A DNA stretch of 64,000 nucleotides from a virus. The position numbers and the translations under genes were made by a program. The notes below the pieces were generated by a model that did no database searches, was not told the DNA's origin, and saw nothing but the letters and a program-made list of their open reading frames with translations. This document shows, piece by piece, positions 18,046-27,265 of the stretch (position 1 is its first letter; every line of letters begins with the position of its first letter). The stretch spans positions 1 through 64,000 of the IMG/VR virus record IMGVR_UViG_3300025010_000005. The stretch is one strand, 5' to 3'.

Positions 18046-19767
18046 ATGCCAAACATCGCTTATCCTGCTACCCTACTTTGCGATTTTTATAAGATTTCGC
18101 ATCGTGAACAATACCCTTCTGGTACGGAAACCGTTTATAGCACTTGGATTCCTCGCGCAAGCAGAATTAAAGGAATTAATCACGTTGTTGCTTTTGGATT
18201 TCAGGCGTTTATCAAAGAATATATGATCAAATATTTCAATGAGAATTTCTTTAATCGAAACCTTTATGATATTGTTACCGAATACAGACGAGTTATTAAG
18301 TTTACTTTGGGAGTTGATGATCCAGACGTTCAACATATTACTGATCTTCATAATCTTGGTTATCTTCCAATCAAGATTAAGGCATTGAAAGAAGGCACTC
18401 TAACTCCTCTTCGTGTTCCAATGCTTACAATGGAAAATACAGATCCTCGTTTCTTTTGGGTTACAAATTATCTCGAAACTCTAATGTCTTGTTCCATGTG
18501 GATGAGCGCAACTTCCGCAACAATCGCCTTTGAGTATCGAAAGATTCTTAACAAATATGCCATGGAAACTGTTGGAAATACAGACGGAGTTCAATTCCAG
18601 GGCCACGACTTCTCAATGAGAGGAATGGGTTCGCTTGAAACTGCAAAATATAGCGGGGCAGGACATCTTCTTTCATTCGTTGGAACCGATACAATCCCTG
18701 CAATCCTAGCCCTTGAAGAGAATTATAATGCAAATATTAAAACTGAATTGGTTGGAACTTCGATTCCGGCAACGGAACATTCAGTAATGTGCGCTCACGG
18801 TAGAGATGAATTTGCATCTTATAAGAGAATTATCACCGAGACTTATCCAAAGGGATTTGTTTCAATTGTTTCCGACACTTGGGATCTTTGGAAGGTTCTA
18901 ATTGATGTTGTTGGAAAATTAAAAACTGAAATTATGAATCGTGATGGTCGAGTTGTTATTCGTCCTGATAGCGGTGATCCAGTTGACATTATTTGCGGAA
19001 CTGTTAAAATTGACGAAGATCCAGACCTAACTCTCGATAATATTATTGATTGGTATGAAGATCTTGCTAATGATGAAGTTGATAGAGACAATATTCCTGA
19101 TAAAATGATTTATCATTGTAGAATTAATGGAAAGATTTATGAAGTTACTTGTAAAATCGAACTATCAAATGAAAGAGGCGCTTATACTGGCAATAAATAT
19201 TATATTGTTGATGAAATCAATGTTTCGTATAAGGAAGTTGAACTAACTCCTCAACAAAAGGGTGTTGTTGAAGTCCTTTGGGAAATGTTTGGCGGAACCA
19301 TTACAGACAAGGGATATAAACAGTTAGATTCTCACATTGGTTGTATTTATGGTGATGCAATTACAATTGATCGTTGTAAACAAATTTGTAAAAAACTAAA
19401 GGCAAAAGGATTTGCTTCAACGAACATTGTTCTTGGAATTGGTTCTTATACTTATCAATACAATACCAGAGATACTTTTGGTTTCGCTCTAAAATCAACT
19501 CATGTTGTTATTGACGGAGTGGAAGTTAATATCTATAAAGATCCTATCACGGATTCTGATAAGATTAAAAAGTCACTTACTGGCCGCTGTGTCGTACATG
19601 ATAATTTGCCTTATGAAAACATTGTTGTAACAGATAATCTTTCAATTACAGATCAAGAAAATATGAAATTTTGGGACATGCTTGAAGACGTTTTTGTAGA
19701 TGGAAATCTGATTCGTGACGAAAAGTTGTCCGATATTAGGAGTCGTTTGCTTAAAACGCTTGACTAA
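18046..19767 (+). CDS. Nicotinamide phosphoribosyltransferase-like protein (likely NARP1 Namat-like)
   Basis: DFYKISH, HDFSMRG, F.GTDT, PATEHS, VSDTWD, IRPDSGDP, IYGDAIT, GIGS, RDTFGFA.K. Confidence 0.9.
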   Translation: MPNIAYPATLLCDFYKISHREQYPSGTETVYSTWIPRASRIKGINHVVAFGFQAFIKEYMIKYFNENFFNRNLYDIVTEYRRVIKFTLGVDDPDVQHITDLHNLGYLPIKIKALKEGTLTPLRVPMLTMENTDPRFFWVTNYLETLMSCSMWMSATSATIAFEYRKILNKYAMETVGNTDGVQFQGHDFSMRGMGSLETAKYSGAGHLLSFVGTDTIPAILALEENYNANIKTELVGTSIPATEHSVMCAHGRDEFASYKRIITETYPKGFVSIVSDTWDLWKVLIDVVGKLKTEIMNRDGRVVIRPDSGDPVDIICGTVKIDEDPDLTLDNIIDWYEDLANDEVDRDNIPDKMIYHCRINGKIYEVTCKIELSNERGAYTGNKYYIVDEINVSYKEVELTPQQKGVVEVLWEMFGGTITDKGYKQLDSHIGCIYGDAITIDRCKQICKKLKAKGFASTNIVLGIGSYTYQYNTRDTFGFALKSTHVVIDGVEVNIYKDPITDSDKIKKSLTGRCVVHDNLPYENIVVTDNLSITDQENMKFWDMLEDVFVDGNLIRDEKLSDIRSRLLKTLD

Positions 19768-19774
19768 GAGTAGT

Positions 19775-19811
19775 TGTTAAGTAGTGTTAAGCAATACTAA
19801 GTATTATAAAG
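19775..19811 (+). repeat. Four phased 7-mers with 10-bp period (TGTTAAG, TGTTAAG, TACTAAG, TATAAAG)
   Basis: Starts at 19775, 19785, 19795, 19805. Confidence 0.7.
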
Positions 19812-19826
19812 AACAATAAAAACTCA

Positions 19827-19856
19827 TTGACTGTATGGCCGAAGGCCACATGTCAA
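19827..19856. repeat. 30-bp imperfect palindrome, copy 2
   Basis: TTGACTGTATGGCC-gaa-GGCCACATGTCAA. Confidence 0.85.
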
Positions 19857-19863
19857 GAACAAC

Positions 19864-19892
19864 TTGACAAGTAGATAGAACTCAGTTATAAT
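19864..19892 (+). promoter_or_regulatory. Consensus sigma70-type promoter
   Basis: TTGACA-17-TATAAT. Confidence 0.85.
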
Positions 19893-19943
19893 TAAGGGGT
19901 GGAGGTTAAGCCTTCGCCCCGATTTTTCTTTTAGGAGGTTTTA

Positions 19944-20426
19944 ATGAACATCTTTGTTCTTGATGAACGTCCCTTTGTTTCTGCTCAAATGATGTGTGAT
20001 CGTCATGTTGTCAAGATGATTGTGGAATCTGCTCAACTTCTCTGCTCTGTCTATTGGATGAATGGAATTGAAGCACCGTATAAGTTGACACATAAAAACC
20101 ATCCTTGTGCTATTTGGGTTAGTGAATCTAGGATAAACTTCGCGTGGCTTTATGCTCATTTAGCAGGATTATTGATGGAATATAAATCAAGATATGGTAA
20201 AGACCACAAAACAGAAGAAGTATATAATTGGATTTTGAATAATCCATCTGATTTTCTTGAAAACAAGGGTTTAACTAAATTCGTTCAATGTATGCCTGAA
20301 CAATATAGAATCGAAGGAGACGCCGTAACTGCTTACAGAAATTATTACATCGGAGAAAAGTCTTCGTTTGCAACTTGGAAAAATGGAAATGTACCTGAAT
20401 GGTTTGTGAAAGGAATTAACAAATGA
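19944..20426 (+). CDS. Pyrimidine-dimer DNA glycosylase (DenV/endonuclease V family)
   Basis: MNIFVLD..CDRHVVKMIVESAQLL..YKLTHKNHPCAIW..EY..RYGK.H..QCMP..AYRNYY. Confidence 0.82.
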   Translation: MNIFVLDERPFVSAQMMCDRHVVKMIVESAQLLCSVYWMNGIEAPYKLTHKNHPCAIWVSESRINFAWLYAHLAGLLMEYKSRYGKDHKTEEVYNWILNNPSDFLENKGLTKFVQCMPEQYRIEGDAVTAYRNYYIGEKSSFATWKNGNVPEWFVKGINK

Positions 20427-21613
20427 TTGAAGTTAACGGGAAGTACAACTCTGCCAAGATTTTCACCGACAACGTGGAACAATCTGCAATCTCTCAAATC
20501 ATCGAGCTTTGCTGCCAGGAATTTACTAAGGACTCAAAAATTCGTATCATGCCGGACGTTCATGCCGGAAAAGGTTGCACCGTTGGAACTACAATGACCA
20601 TACAAAATAAAGTTGTTCCTAATTTGGTTGGAGTGGACGGATCATGTGGAATGTTATGCGTTGAACTCTGCGATCAATCAATTAATTTTGCCAAACTAGA
20701 TTCTATAATTAGGGCCATGATTCCTTCTGGTTTTAATACTCGTAACGATGACAAACTTTATTCAGAAAAAGAAATTGGACTTCGTGGGCTTCGTTGTTTT
20801 GAACACATCAACTTTGAAAGAGCAAAGGCGAGCATTGGAACTCTTGGAGGTGGAAATCATTTTATCGAAGTGAATCAAAATTCCAAAGGAAATTATTATC
20901 TGGTTATTCACTCTGGAAGCCGCAACCTTGGAAAGCAAGTTGCAGAATATTATCAAGATGTTGCCGTTAAATCGATTTCAAATCACAATTTCGATAGAAA
21001 CAAAATTATTTCTGATTTTATGGCAGCAGGAAAAAAGAATGAAATCGAATCTGCTCTGAGGAATATTCCAATTGTGAAAGTTACCAAAGGACTTGAATAT
21101 CTTGAAGGAGAAGGCTTCGACAACTATATTCATGATATGAAAATTGTTCAGCGTTATGCTTACGAAAATAGACTTGCAATGGCAAGGATTATCGTTAACG
21201 AAATGCAAATTGTTCCTTTGATGAATTTTACCACCGTTCACAATTACATCGACACCAAAAATATGATTCTTCGTAAAGGCGCTGTTTCTGCTCAAAAGAA
21301 TGAAAAGTTGTTGATTCCAATGAACATGCGTGACGGTTCATTGATCTGTATTGGAAAAGGAAATGAAGATTGGAATAACTCAGCTCCTCACGGAGCCGGA
21401 AGAATCATGAGCAGATCAAAAGCAAAGGAATTGGTTGACATCGAGGAATACAAAGATTCAATGAAAAATGTCTTTACAACTTCAGTTGGATATGGTACAA
21501 TTGATGAAGCTCCAATGGCATACAAGCCGATGCAAGAAATTATTGACAATATTGGAGATACGGTTGACATTTTGGAAGTTATTAAACCTGTGTATAACTT
21601 TAAAGCGAATTAA
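20423..21613 (+). CDS. rtcB: RtcB RNA ligase
   Basis: MPDVHAGKG, VGVD..CG, GTLGGGNHFIE, HSGSR, HNY, RKGA, HGAGR, DEAP.AYK. Confidence 0.95.
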   Translation: MIEVNGKYNSAKIFTDNVEQSAISQIIELCCQEFTKDSKIRIMPDVHAGKGCTVGTTMTIQNKVVPNLVGVDGSCGMLCVELCDQSINFAKLDSIIRAMIPSGFNTRNDDKLYSEKEIGLRGLRCFEHINFERAKASIGTLGGGNHFIEVNQNSKGNYYLVIHSGSRNLGKQVAEYYQDVAVKSISNHNFDRNKIISDFMAAGKKNEIESALRNIPIVKVTKGLEYLEGEGFDNYIHDMKIVQRYAYENRLAMARIIVNEMQIVPLMNFTTVHNYIDTKNMILRKGAVSAQKNEKLLIPMNMRDGSLICIGKGNEDWNNSAPHGAGRIMSRSKAKELVDIEEYKDSMKNVFTTSVGYGTIDEAPMAYKPMQEIIDNIGDTVDILEVIKPVYNFKAN

Positions 21614-21760
21614 GGAGATAAATATGAAAATTCATATTATAGCCGATACATATTTAATTGATGAGAGAACTAGGTTGGTTGAAGTTGCTGCCGCTTGGAT
21701 TAAATGCGGCTGGAAAGTCTGTAAACAAGAAACAGATAGAATTGTTTTGGAGGGAAATTA

Positions 21761-22957
21761 ATGAGAGAAACAATGGTTTCACTCCACAATCACAGCATTT
21801 ATTCGTTCAGTGATGGACTTATTAAACCAGAGGAGTTGGTTCAAAAAGCAAAGGAATTTAATGCTCCTGCTGTAGGAATTTCCGAGCATGGAAATCTTTG
21901 CTCGATGCCTGATTTTATCAAGAGTTGTGAAAAGGCAGAGATTAAACCAATTATTGCAATTGAGTTTTATATGGCGTTGGATGAAGTAAAGGGAACTCAA
22001 CGTGGCTCCAACCACATTATCTGCATCGCAAAAAATGAAGCTGGATATAAAGAGCTTCTTAAACTAACTCAAATTTCAAATATTCCAATTAAGGACGGCG
22101 GATCTTTCTTTTATCGTGCAAGAATTACCGAGAAGCTTCTTTATGCCAACTGTAAGAATCTAATCGTAACAACTGCTTGTATAGGTGGAATTATTCCTGA
22201 ATTATTGCTTGCCGATAAAGATGATGATGCTGCAATTCTTCTTGATGAAATGAAATATCATATTAAAGATTTGTATGTCGAGATTCAACCTCATGACGAT
22301 GTAAAACAAGAAAAGGCAAATCTAAAACTAATTGCTTTGGCTAAAAAGCTAGATATTCCTATTGTAACTTGTTTAGACGTTCATATGAAGGATATGAGTT
22401 ATAAAGACGTTTACAAACTTAATAGCGATCTTCGTCGTGGTGTTACAATTTCTCATTCGGAAGAATTTAAGTATTATCTCTATTACAAACCGATGAAGGA
22501 AATTTATGAAACACTCCTGGCACAAGGAATTGACGAATCGGTAATTGACGAGTCCATCGACAATACAATTAAAATTGCTGATATGTGTGATTTCAAATGG
22601 GAAAACAGAAGTTTCGATCCTCCAAAGTTTTGTGATGATGCACCAGCAGAGTTGTATAAATTGGTTTCAAAAGGTTTGGTTAACAAGTTTGGAAATAAAA
22701 TTCCCACAGCACACAAACAGAGGGCAAGACATGAATATGATGTTATTTGTAAGATGGGATTTGCTAATTATTTCCTAATCCTTGCAGATGCAATGGAATA
22801 TTGTCACAAAAGTAATATCCTTGTTGGGCCAGGTCGAGGTTCTGGAGCGTCAAGTCTTATTCTCTGGTTGCTTAACATCACTGCCTTAGATCCACTTAAA
22901 TATAATCTTCCTTTCTCACGATTCCTAAATGAAGAGAGAATTGATACTTGGCCTGAT
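21761..22957 (+). CDS. dnaE: DNA polymerase III alpha (family C), exon 1
   Basis: PHP motifs HNHS, EHG, TACIGG, DVH; GPGRGSG, FSRFLN..R..WPD. Confidence 0.92.
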
Positions 22958-24157
22958 TAACAATTATAATATTCTAACATTTAAGTAAAATAATCTGTAG
23001 ACAGTGATATATGGAGGTCTACAGATATGCAAAACTCGAACATTGAAAATTCTATAAGAGAAAAATGGTTGGAACTTTATCAAAGCGGATTGTCTGGAAT
23101 TAAGATAGCTAATATGTTTGGAATAAATAACTGTGTTGTTTATCGTTATCTAAAAAATCATCCCGATTATAAACCTAGAACTACAAAAGAAACGGCTAGA
23201 TTGTATGAGGTTGATGATAATTTTTTCGACACAATAGATACAGAAGAAAAAGCGTATTGGCTTGGATTTATGTATGCCGATGGATTTGTAAATACACAAA
23301 GAAATGTTGTCGGAGTAACTCTTCACAATAGAGATATAGAACATCTTGTTAAATTTAAAAAAGCTTTAAAATCAACTTATCCAATTAAAACATATGAACT
23401 TAAAACATCATATACAACGAAAGAATCTTATTGTTGCAGACTGAGAGTTTTAAGCGATAAATTAAAAAGTGATTTAATAAAAAATGGGTGCGTTGAAAAT
23501 AAAAGTTTAATTTTAAAATTTCCAGACAAAACCATGGTTCCAGATAATTTAATTTGGCATTTTATAAGAGGTTATTTTGACGGTGATGGCAGTTTAACAA
23601 ATTGGAAAGGTTCACGTTGGAACATTAAGATTTGTGGAACATATGAATTTCTTGATGGAATTAGAAATAAACTTTTTGAATGTGAGATTGATAAGTATAT
23701 TTATAAAGAGAAGAGAAATGAAAAAAATAATTATACTTTAAATTTGGCATGCAATTTGGCAATCAAAATTACCTCAAAAATGTATGAAAATTCAACCATT
23801 TTTCTTGATAGAAAATTCAATAAATATAATGATATGTTAGAATATTATAATAGTCGTCTTAAAAAGTGATTTTTAAGAATATTAGCATGTGAATTGCTGG
23901 AAACCCCTTAGAGCCACAAAAACTACAAAGAAGTTGGAAACGACAATCTTGAATGTTTGAAAATTTTGTGGATTGGGCAATCAGCAGCGAAGCCGCTAAA
24001 TCATAAGATAAGCGGAACGTTCAACGACTATCCGTGGCTGGAGTAGAGTTCTAGAGAACTCGAAGTGCATGCTGCCCTAACAAGGGTAAAGATATAGTCT
24101 GCGCTTTAGGGAAACCTAAAGAGATATAACGGAATCGGTTATATCGTAACACAACGG
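22958..24157 (+). mobile_element. Group I intron (1200 nt) in dnaE
   Basis: Exon ends in U, intron ends in G; P AATTGCTGGAA, Q AATCAGCAG, R GTTCAACGACTA, S AAGATATAGTC; splicing restores PD-VDTD in frame. Confidence 0.92.
23027..23869 (+). CDS. Intron-encoded dual-motif LAGLIDADG homing endonuclease with N-terminal HTH
   Basis: YWLGFMYADG and HFIRGYFDGDG motifs. Confidence 0.9.
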   Translation: MQNSNIENSIREKWLELYQSGLSGIKIANMFGINNCVVYRYLKNHPDYKPRTTKETARLYEVDDNFFDTIDTEEKAYWLGFMYADGFVNTQRNVVGVTLHNRDIEHLVKFKKALKSTYPIKTYELKTSYTTKESYCCRLRVLSDKLKSDLIKNGCVENKSLILKFPDKTMVPDNLIWHFIRGYFDGDGSLTNWKGSRWNIKICGTYEFLDGIRNKLFECEIDKYIYKEKRNEKNNYTLNLACNLAIKITSKMYENSTIFLDRKFNKYNDMLEYYNSRLKK

Positions 24158-26056
24158 GTTGACACGGATTTAAGCCCTAAAGATAGACCAAAACTATTTA
24201 AATATATGCAAGAAAAATGGGGAGTTGATAAAGTAATCCAGATTTCAAACTATTCTTATCTTAAATCAAAAGCTGTATTAAAAGATTGTGCCAAATATCT
24301 TGAAATTGATTTTGACATTATCAACAAGATTACATCTTTGATTCCTGCCAAAAGTGCAGACGAAGACGGAAATCCAATCGAAGTTGATATGGACGAAGTC
24401 CTAACACTACCTCAAATGCAATCATACATTGAGAAGTATCCAGAAATGTTCAAACTGGCGAAGAAGCTTGAGGGTTCAATTCGAGGTGCTAATATTCATG
24501 CGGGAGGTCTCGTAATTCTTCCACAACCAATTGATGAGATTATTCCAGTAACAAAGAAAAAAGGTGATGATGGAAGCGATGTTTATGTTTCTCAATGGAA
24601 CAAAAAACAGATTGAATCCATTGGTTTAATTAAATTTGACTTTCTTGGATTATCAACTCTTGATGTTTTATCTGATTGCGAAGAATTAACTGGTATGAAT
24701 CCAAACGACATTCCTTTAGATGACGAAAATACTTGGGAATTTCTCAAGCAAGGTAAAAATATGCTCGGTGTTTTCCAATTGGCGGAAAATAAAACAAAGA
24801 AACTCCTTCGTGATGTTCAACCATATCGACTTCAAGACCTTTCGGACATTAACGCACTAATCAGACCAGGGATGGACATTGAATCTTATTTGAGTAATAA
24901 AAAAGCCAAAAAGATTACATATCAATTCAATATTCCTGAATGGCAAGAAGAACTAAAAGATACTTGTGGCATCGTGCTTTATCAGGAAAACGTTATTCGT
25001 CTTGCGAACAAACTTGGCGGACTAACTTTAGGTCAAGGCGATATGCTTCGTCGAGCAATGGAAAAAAATAAAACAGAAGAGATCCAAAAGTGGAAGAAGG
25101 TGTTCGTTGAAAACTGTAAATATAAAGACATTGCAGAAAATTTGTTTGAGGCTATTGGCGGAAATGCTTCGTACAGTTTTAACTCTAGTCATAGTTTGGT
25201 TTATAGTCTTATTGGCTATTGGTGTGCTTACTACAAAGTAAACCATCCTGAAGCATTCCTGGTCTCTCAAATCAATCATCCAAAAAGTAGTGCCAAACAA
25301 AATGAGTCTGAATACATCGAATCTTTCATTAAAGAAGCCGCTTGTATGGGAACTAAATTAAAGCTTCCTGTATTACGCAGTAATTCACCAACAACGGTTC
25401 TAATCGAAGGTGAAGTGTTTTACGGCTTAACTGGAATTAAAGGTATTTCAGAGACAACAGCAAAGATTCTAACAAAGATCAATGCAAAAGATTTTGATGA
25501 TTATGTTGACAAAGCATTAAACATTAAAAAAGTTTCAATTACAAATGGAAAGAGAATATCTCGTCAATCAATTACAAAAGCACACATTGAGTCTTTAGTC
25601 AAGATTGGATTCTTTGGTGATGTTTACGAGAATCTGGACAAATATCATAATTGGTTGATTGAGCAAAATAGATCAGAAAAGACTGGTTATATTTCTGAAA
25701 AGGTGATGGCAGGTCTAAATATTGAAAGGGAAAAAGACCTTGCAATTTCACCAGAAGATCATGCAAATGACTCTTTAGGTTTTTGTTGGTTCTCAAAGAT
25801 AGCAAGAATTTATGATGGTCTTCATATCAAATATCAGGATAAAGATTCCTGGATGTTGATTGAGGTTAACGAAGTTAGAAAAGGCAATAAGAATGGTCGT
25901 GACTGGAAGATGATTAAAGGTGAAACTTTAGACGGAGACATAACAGCATTCTGCGATACTTGCGGAGTCGTAAGTAAAGGCGATGTTATATTAGCATCAT
26001 TCAAGCGAGGAAGGTCTGATGCTATCTCTATAAGTGAGATTCACCTAGTTTCTTAA
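24158..26056 (+). CDS. dnaE: DNA polymerase III alpha, exon 2
   Basis: VDTD, HAGG, GLIKFDFLGL, GVFQ, ALIRPG, LYQE, YSFN.SH; spliced product 1031 aa. Confidence 0.92.
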   Translation, partial: VDTDLSPKDRPKLFKYMQEKWGVDKVIQISNYSYLKSKAVLKDCAKYLEIDFDIINKITSLIPAKSADEDGNPIEVDMDEVLTLPQMQSYIEKYPEMFKLAKKLEGSIRGANIHAGGLVILPQPIDEIIPVTKKKGDDGSDVYVSQWNKKQIESIGLIKFDFLGLSTLDVLSDCEELTGMNPNDIPLDDENTWEFLKQGKNMLGVFQLAENKTKKLLRDVQPYRLQDLSDINALIRPGMDIESYLSNKKAKKITYQFNIPEWQEELKDTCGIVLYQENVIRLANKLGGLTLGQGDMLRRAMEKNKTEEIQKWKKVFVENCKYKDIAENLFEAIGGNASYSFNSSHSLVYSLIGYWCAYYKVNHPEAFLVSQINHPKSSAKQNESEYIESFIKEAACMGTKLKLPVLRSNSPTTVLIEGEVFYGLTGIKGISETTAKILTKINAKDFDDYVDKALNIKKVSITNGKRISRQSITKAHIESLVKIGFFGDVYENLDKYHNWLIEQNRSEKTGYISEKVMAGLNIEREKDLAISPEDHANDSLGFCWFSKIARIYDGLHIKYQDKDSWMLIEVNEVRKGNKNGRDWKMIKGETLDGDITAFCDTCGVVSKGDVILASFKRGRSDAISISEIHLVS

Positions 26057-26092
26057 CAATGTTAAATCTATATTAAGACTCTTGACAACCTA

Positions 26093-26121
26093 TTGACAAG
26101 TATCTCTATATATAGTAGTAT
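26093..26121 (+). promoter_or_regulatory. sigma70-type promoter (second TTGACA at 26082)
   Basis: TTGACA-17-TAGTAT. Confidence 0.65.
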
Positions 26122-26191
26122 GGGGTGAGTTGCTTAATTCACCCCGGCCTATGGCCATTAAAGGGTCGGAGCAAGCGCTCCGACCCTTTTT
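26122..26191 (+). ncRNA. Candidate small structured RNA or attenuator leader
   Basis: Hairpins ggggtgagtt-gctt-aattcacccc, ggcc-tat-ggcc and terminator gggtcggagc-aagc-gctccgaccc-ttttt. Confidence 0.45.
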
Positions 26192-26210
26192 GATGTAAAG
26201 GAGATATACA

Positions 26211-26465
26211 ATGGGACTTACAAAAATGGATCGACTTCTGAAGGCGATGCAAAAAGCTTCCTTTTCTAACATGATGGACTTGCTTTATTTGAACAAGAAA
26301 GGTGAATTGAAAATCTACACAGTGGAAGTTTACGATTATGATGATATTGGATTCTTTGGATACGATCTCGCCGCAGAACACATAAAGCGTTTTAACTATT
26401 CAAATGTAAACAGATTTGAAGTCAAAGAAAAGATGATTCCTCGTTTTATAAAGAAGGAACAATAA
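26211..26465 (+). CDS. Stand-alone WYL-domain-like protein
   Basis: LLYLNKKGE..YTVEVY....FFGYDL....IKRF...V pattern. Confidence 0.55.
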   Translation: MGLTKMDRLLKAMQKASFSNMMDLLYLNKKGELKIYTVEVYDYDDIGFFGYDLAAEHIKRFNYSNVNRFEVKEKMIPRFIKKEQ

Positions 26466-26624
26466 TGGAAGAAAATACAATAATCAAAATTAGAATTCCA
26501 GTTGAAAAATGCTTATGCAAAAATCAAACATTCCTAGTCAACCAAATTGAAACAGATTTAGTTTTCACTTGCACAAAATGTTCTCAACTTTTTGTTATTT
26601 CAAATATCGAAAGGAAATTGAAAA

Positions 26625-26912
26625 ATGGCGCATGAAGTTCAAGTAAATCCTCATGTCGTTCAGAGGTTTAAAGAACGAGTATTTAATTTTAGTGATGAAA
26701 AAATCATTCGCATTGTTAAAGAAAATGTTATGTGTGGAAGAAACAGAATCATTACCAAATTAGTTAAGTCAAAAGGAATTTATGTTCATAGTTTCTTCAT
26801 CGAAGCAAGAATTAAAGGAAAGAAGTTTTATATCGCTTGCAATGACAAAGCGGACTACACTTATACTGTGTTGACGGATCACATGTTCAATGGACTGAAA
26901 GGAAAATTTTAA
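26625..26912 (+). CDS. Hypothetical protein
   Basis: PHVVQRFKER..TVLT pattern reminiscent of RelE-fold/DUF4258-like proteins. Confidence 0.55.
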   Translation: MAHEVQVNPHVVQRFKERVFNFSDEKIIRIVKENVMCGRNRIITKLVKSKGIYVHSFFIEARIKGKKFYIACNDKADYTYTVLTDHMFNGLKGKF

Positions 26913-27097
26913 TGCAAGAATTTATGACGCAAAAGGAAGAAGAATTGTACAATGAAAATCAAAAGCTTAAAGAAAAATTGGCGGAAAACAAAATTGAAAT
27001 TGAAGAATTAATTGAAGAAAGAAGTATACTAAACGAAATAATTGGTATGTACGAGGAAGGTTAAAGACTGGCCCCCATTCCACAAATACATTCATAC

Positions 27098-27124
27098 ATG
27101 CGCCCTTGACGGGGCGCATTTTTT
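27098..27124 (+). terminator. Intrinsic terminator
   Basis: atgcgccctt-ga-cggggcgcat-ttttt. Confidence 0.75.
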
Positions 27125-27185
27125 ATATCATACATCTTCACGCAAACCTCATTTACATTTAATCGTAAACATATGTTAACAGCCT

Positions 27186-27214
27186 TGACAAAGCCTTCAT
27201 CCTGTGATATATTA
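27186..27214 (+). promoter_or_regulatory. sigma70-type promoter
   Basis: TTGACA-17-TATATT with extended TG. Confidence 0.75.
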
Positions 27215-27265
27215 ACGTATGTTAAGGGTTACAGAGCGTTACAACGCTTAGTTAAGGAGGAAAAC

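Noticed and set aside
19775-19856. Mini-CRISPR array from phased repeats or 30-bp palindromes
   Set aside because: Units are 7-mers with 3-nt gaps or isolated copies 18 kb apart; no repeat-spacer structure or cas genes
22958-24157. Intein, split intein or pseudogene explanation for broken dnaE
   Set aside because: No Cys/Ser start or His-Asn end; an in-frame stop follows exon 1, and group I core elements with a precise in-frame join are present
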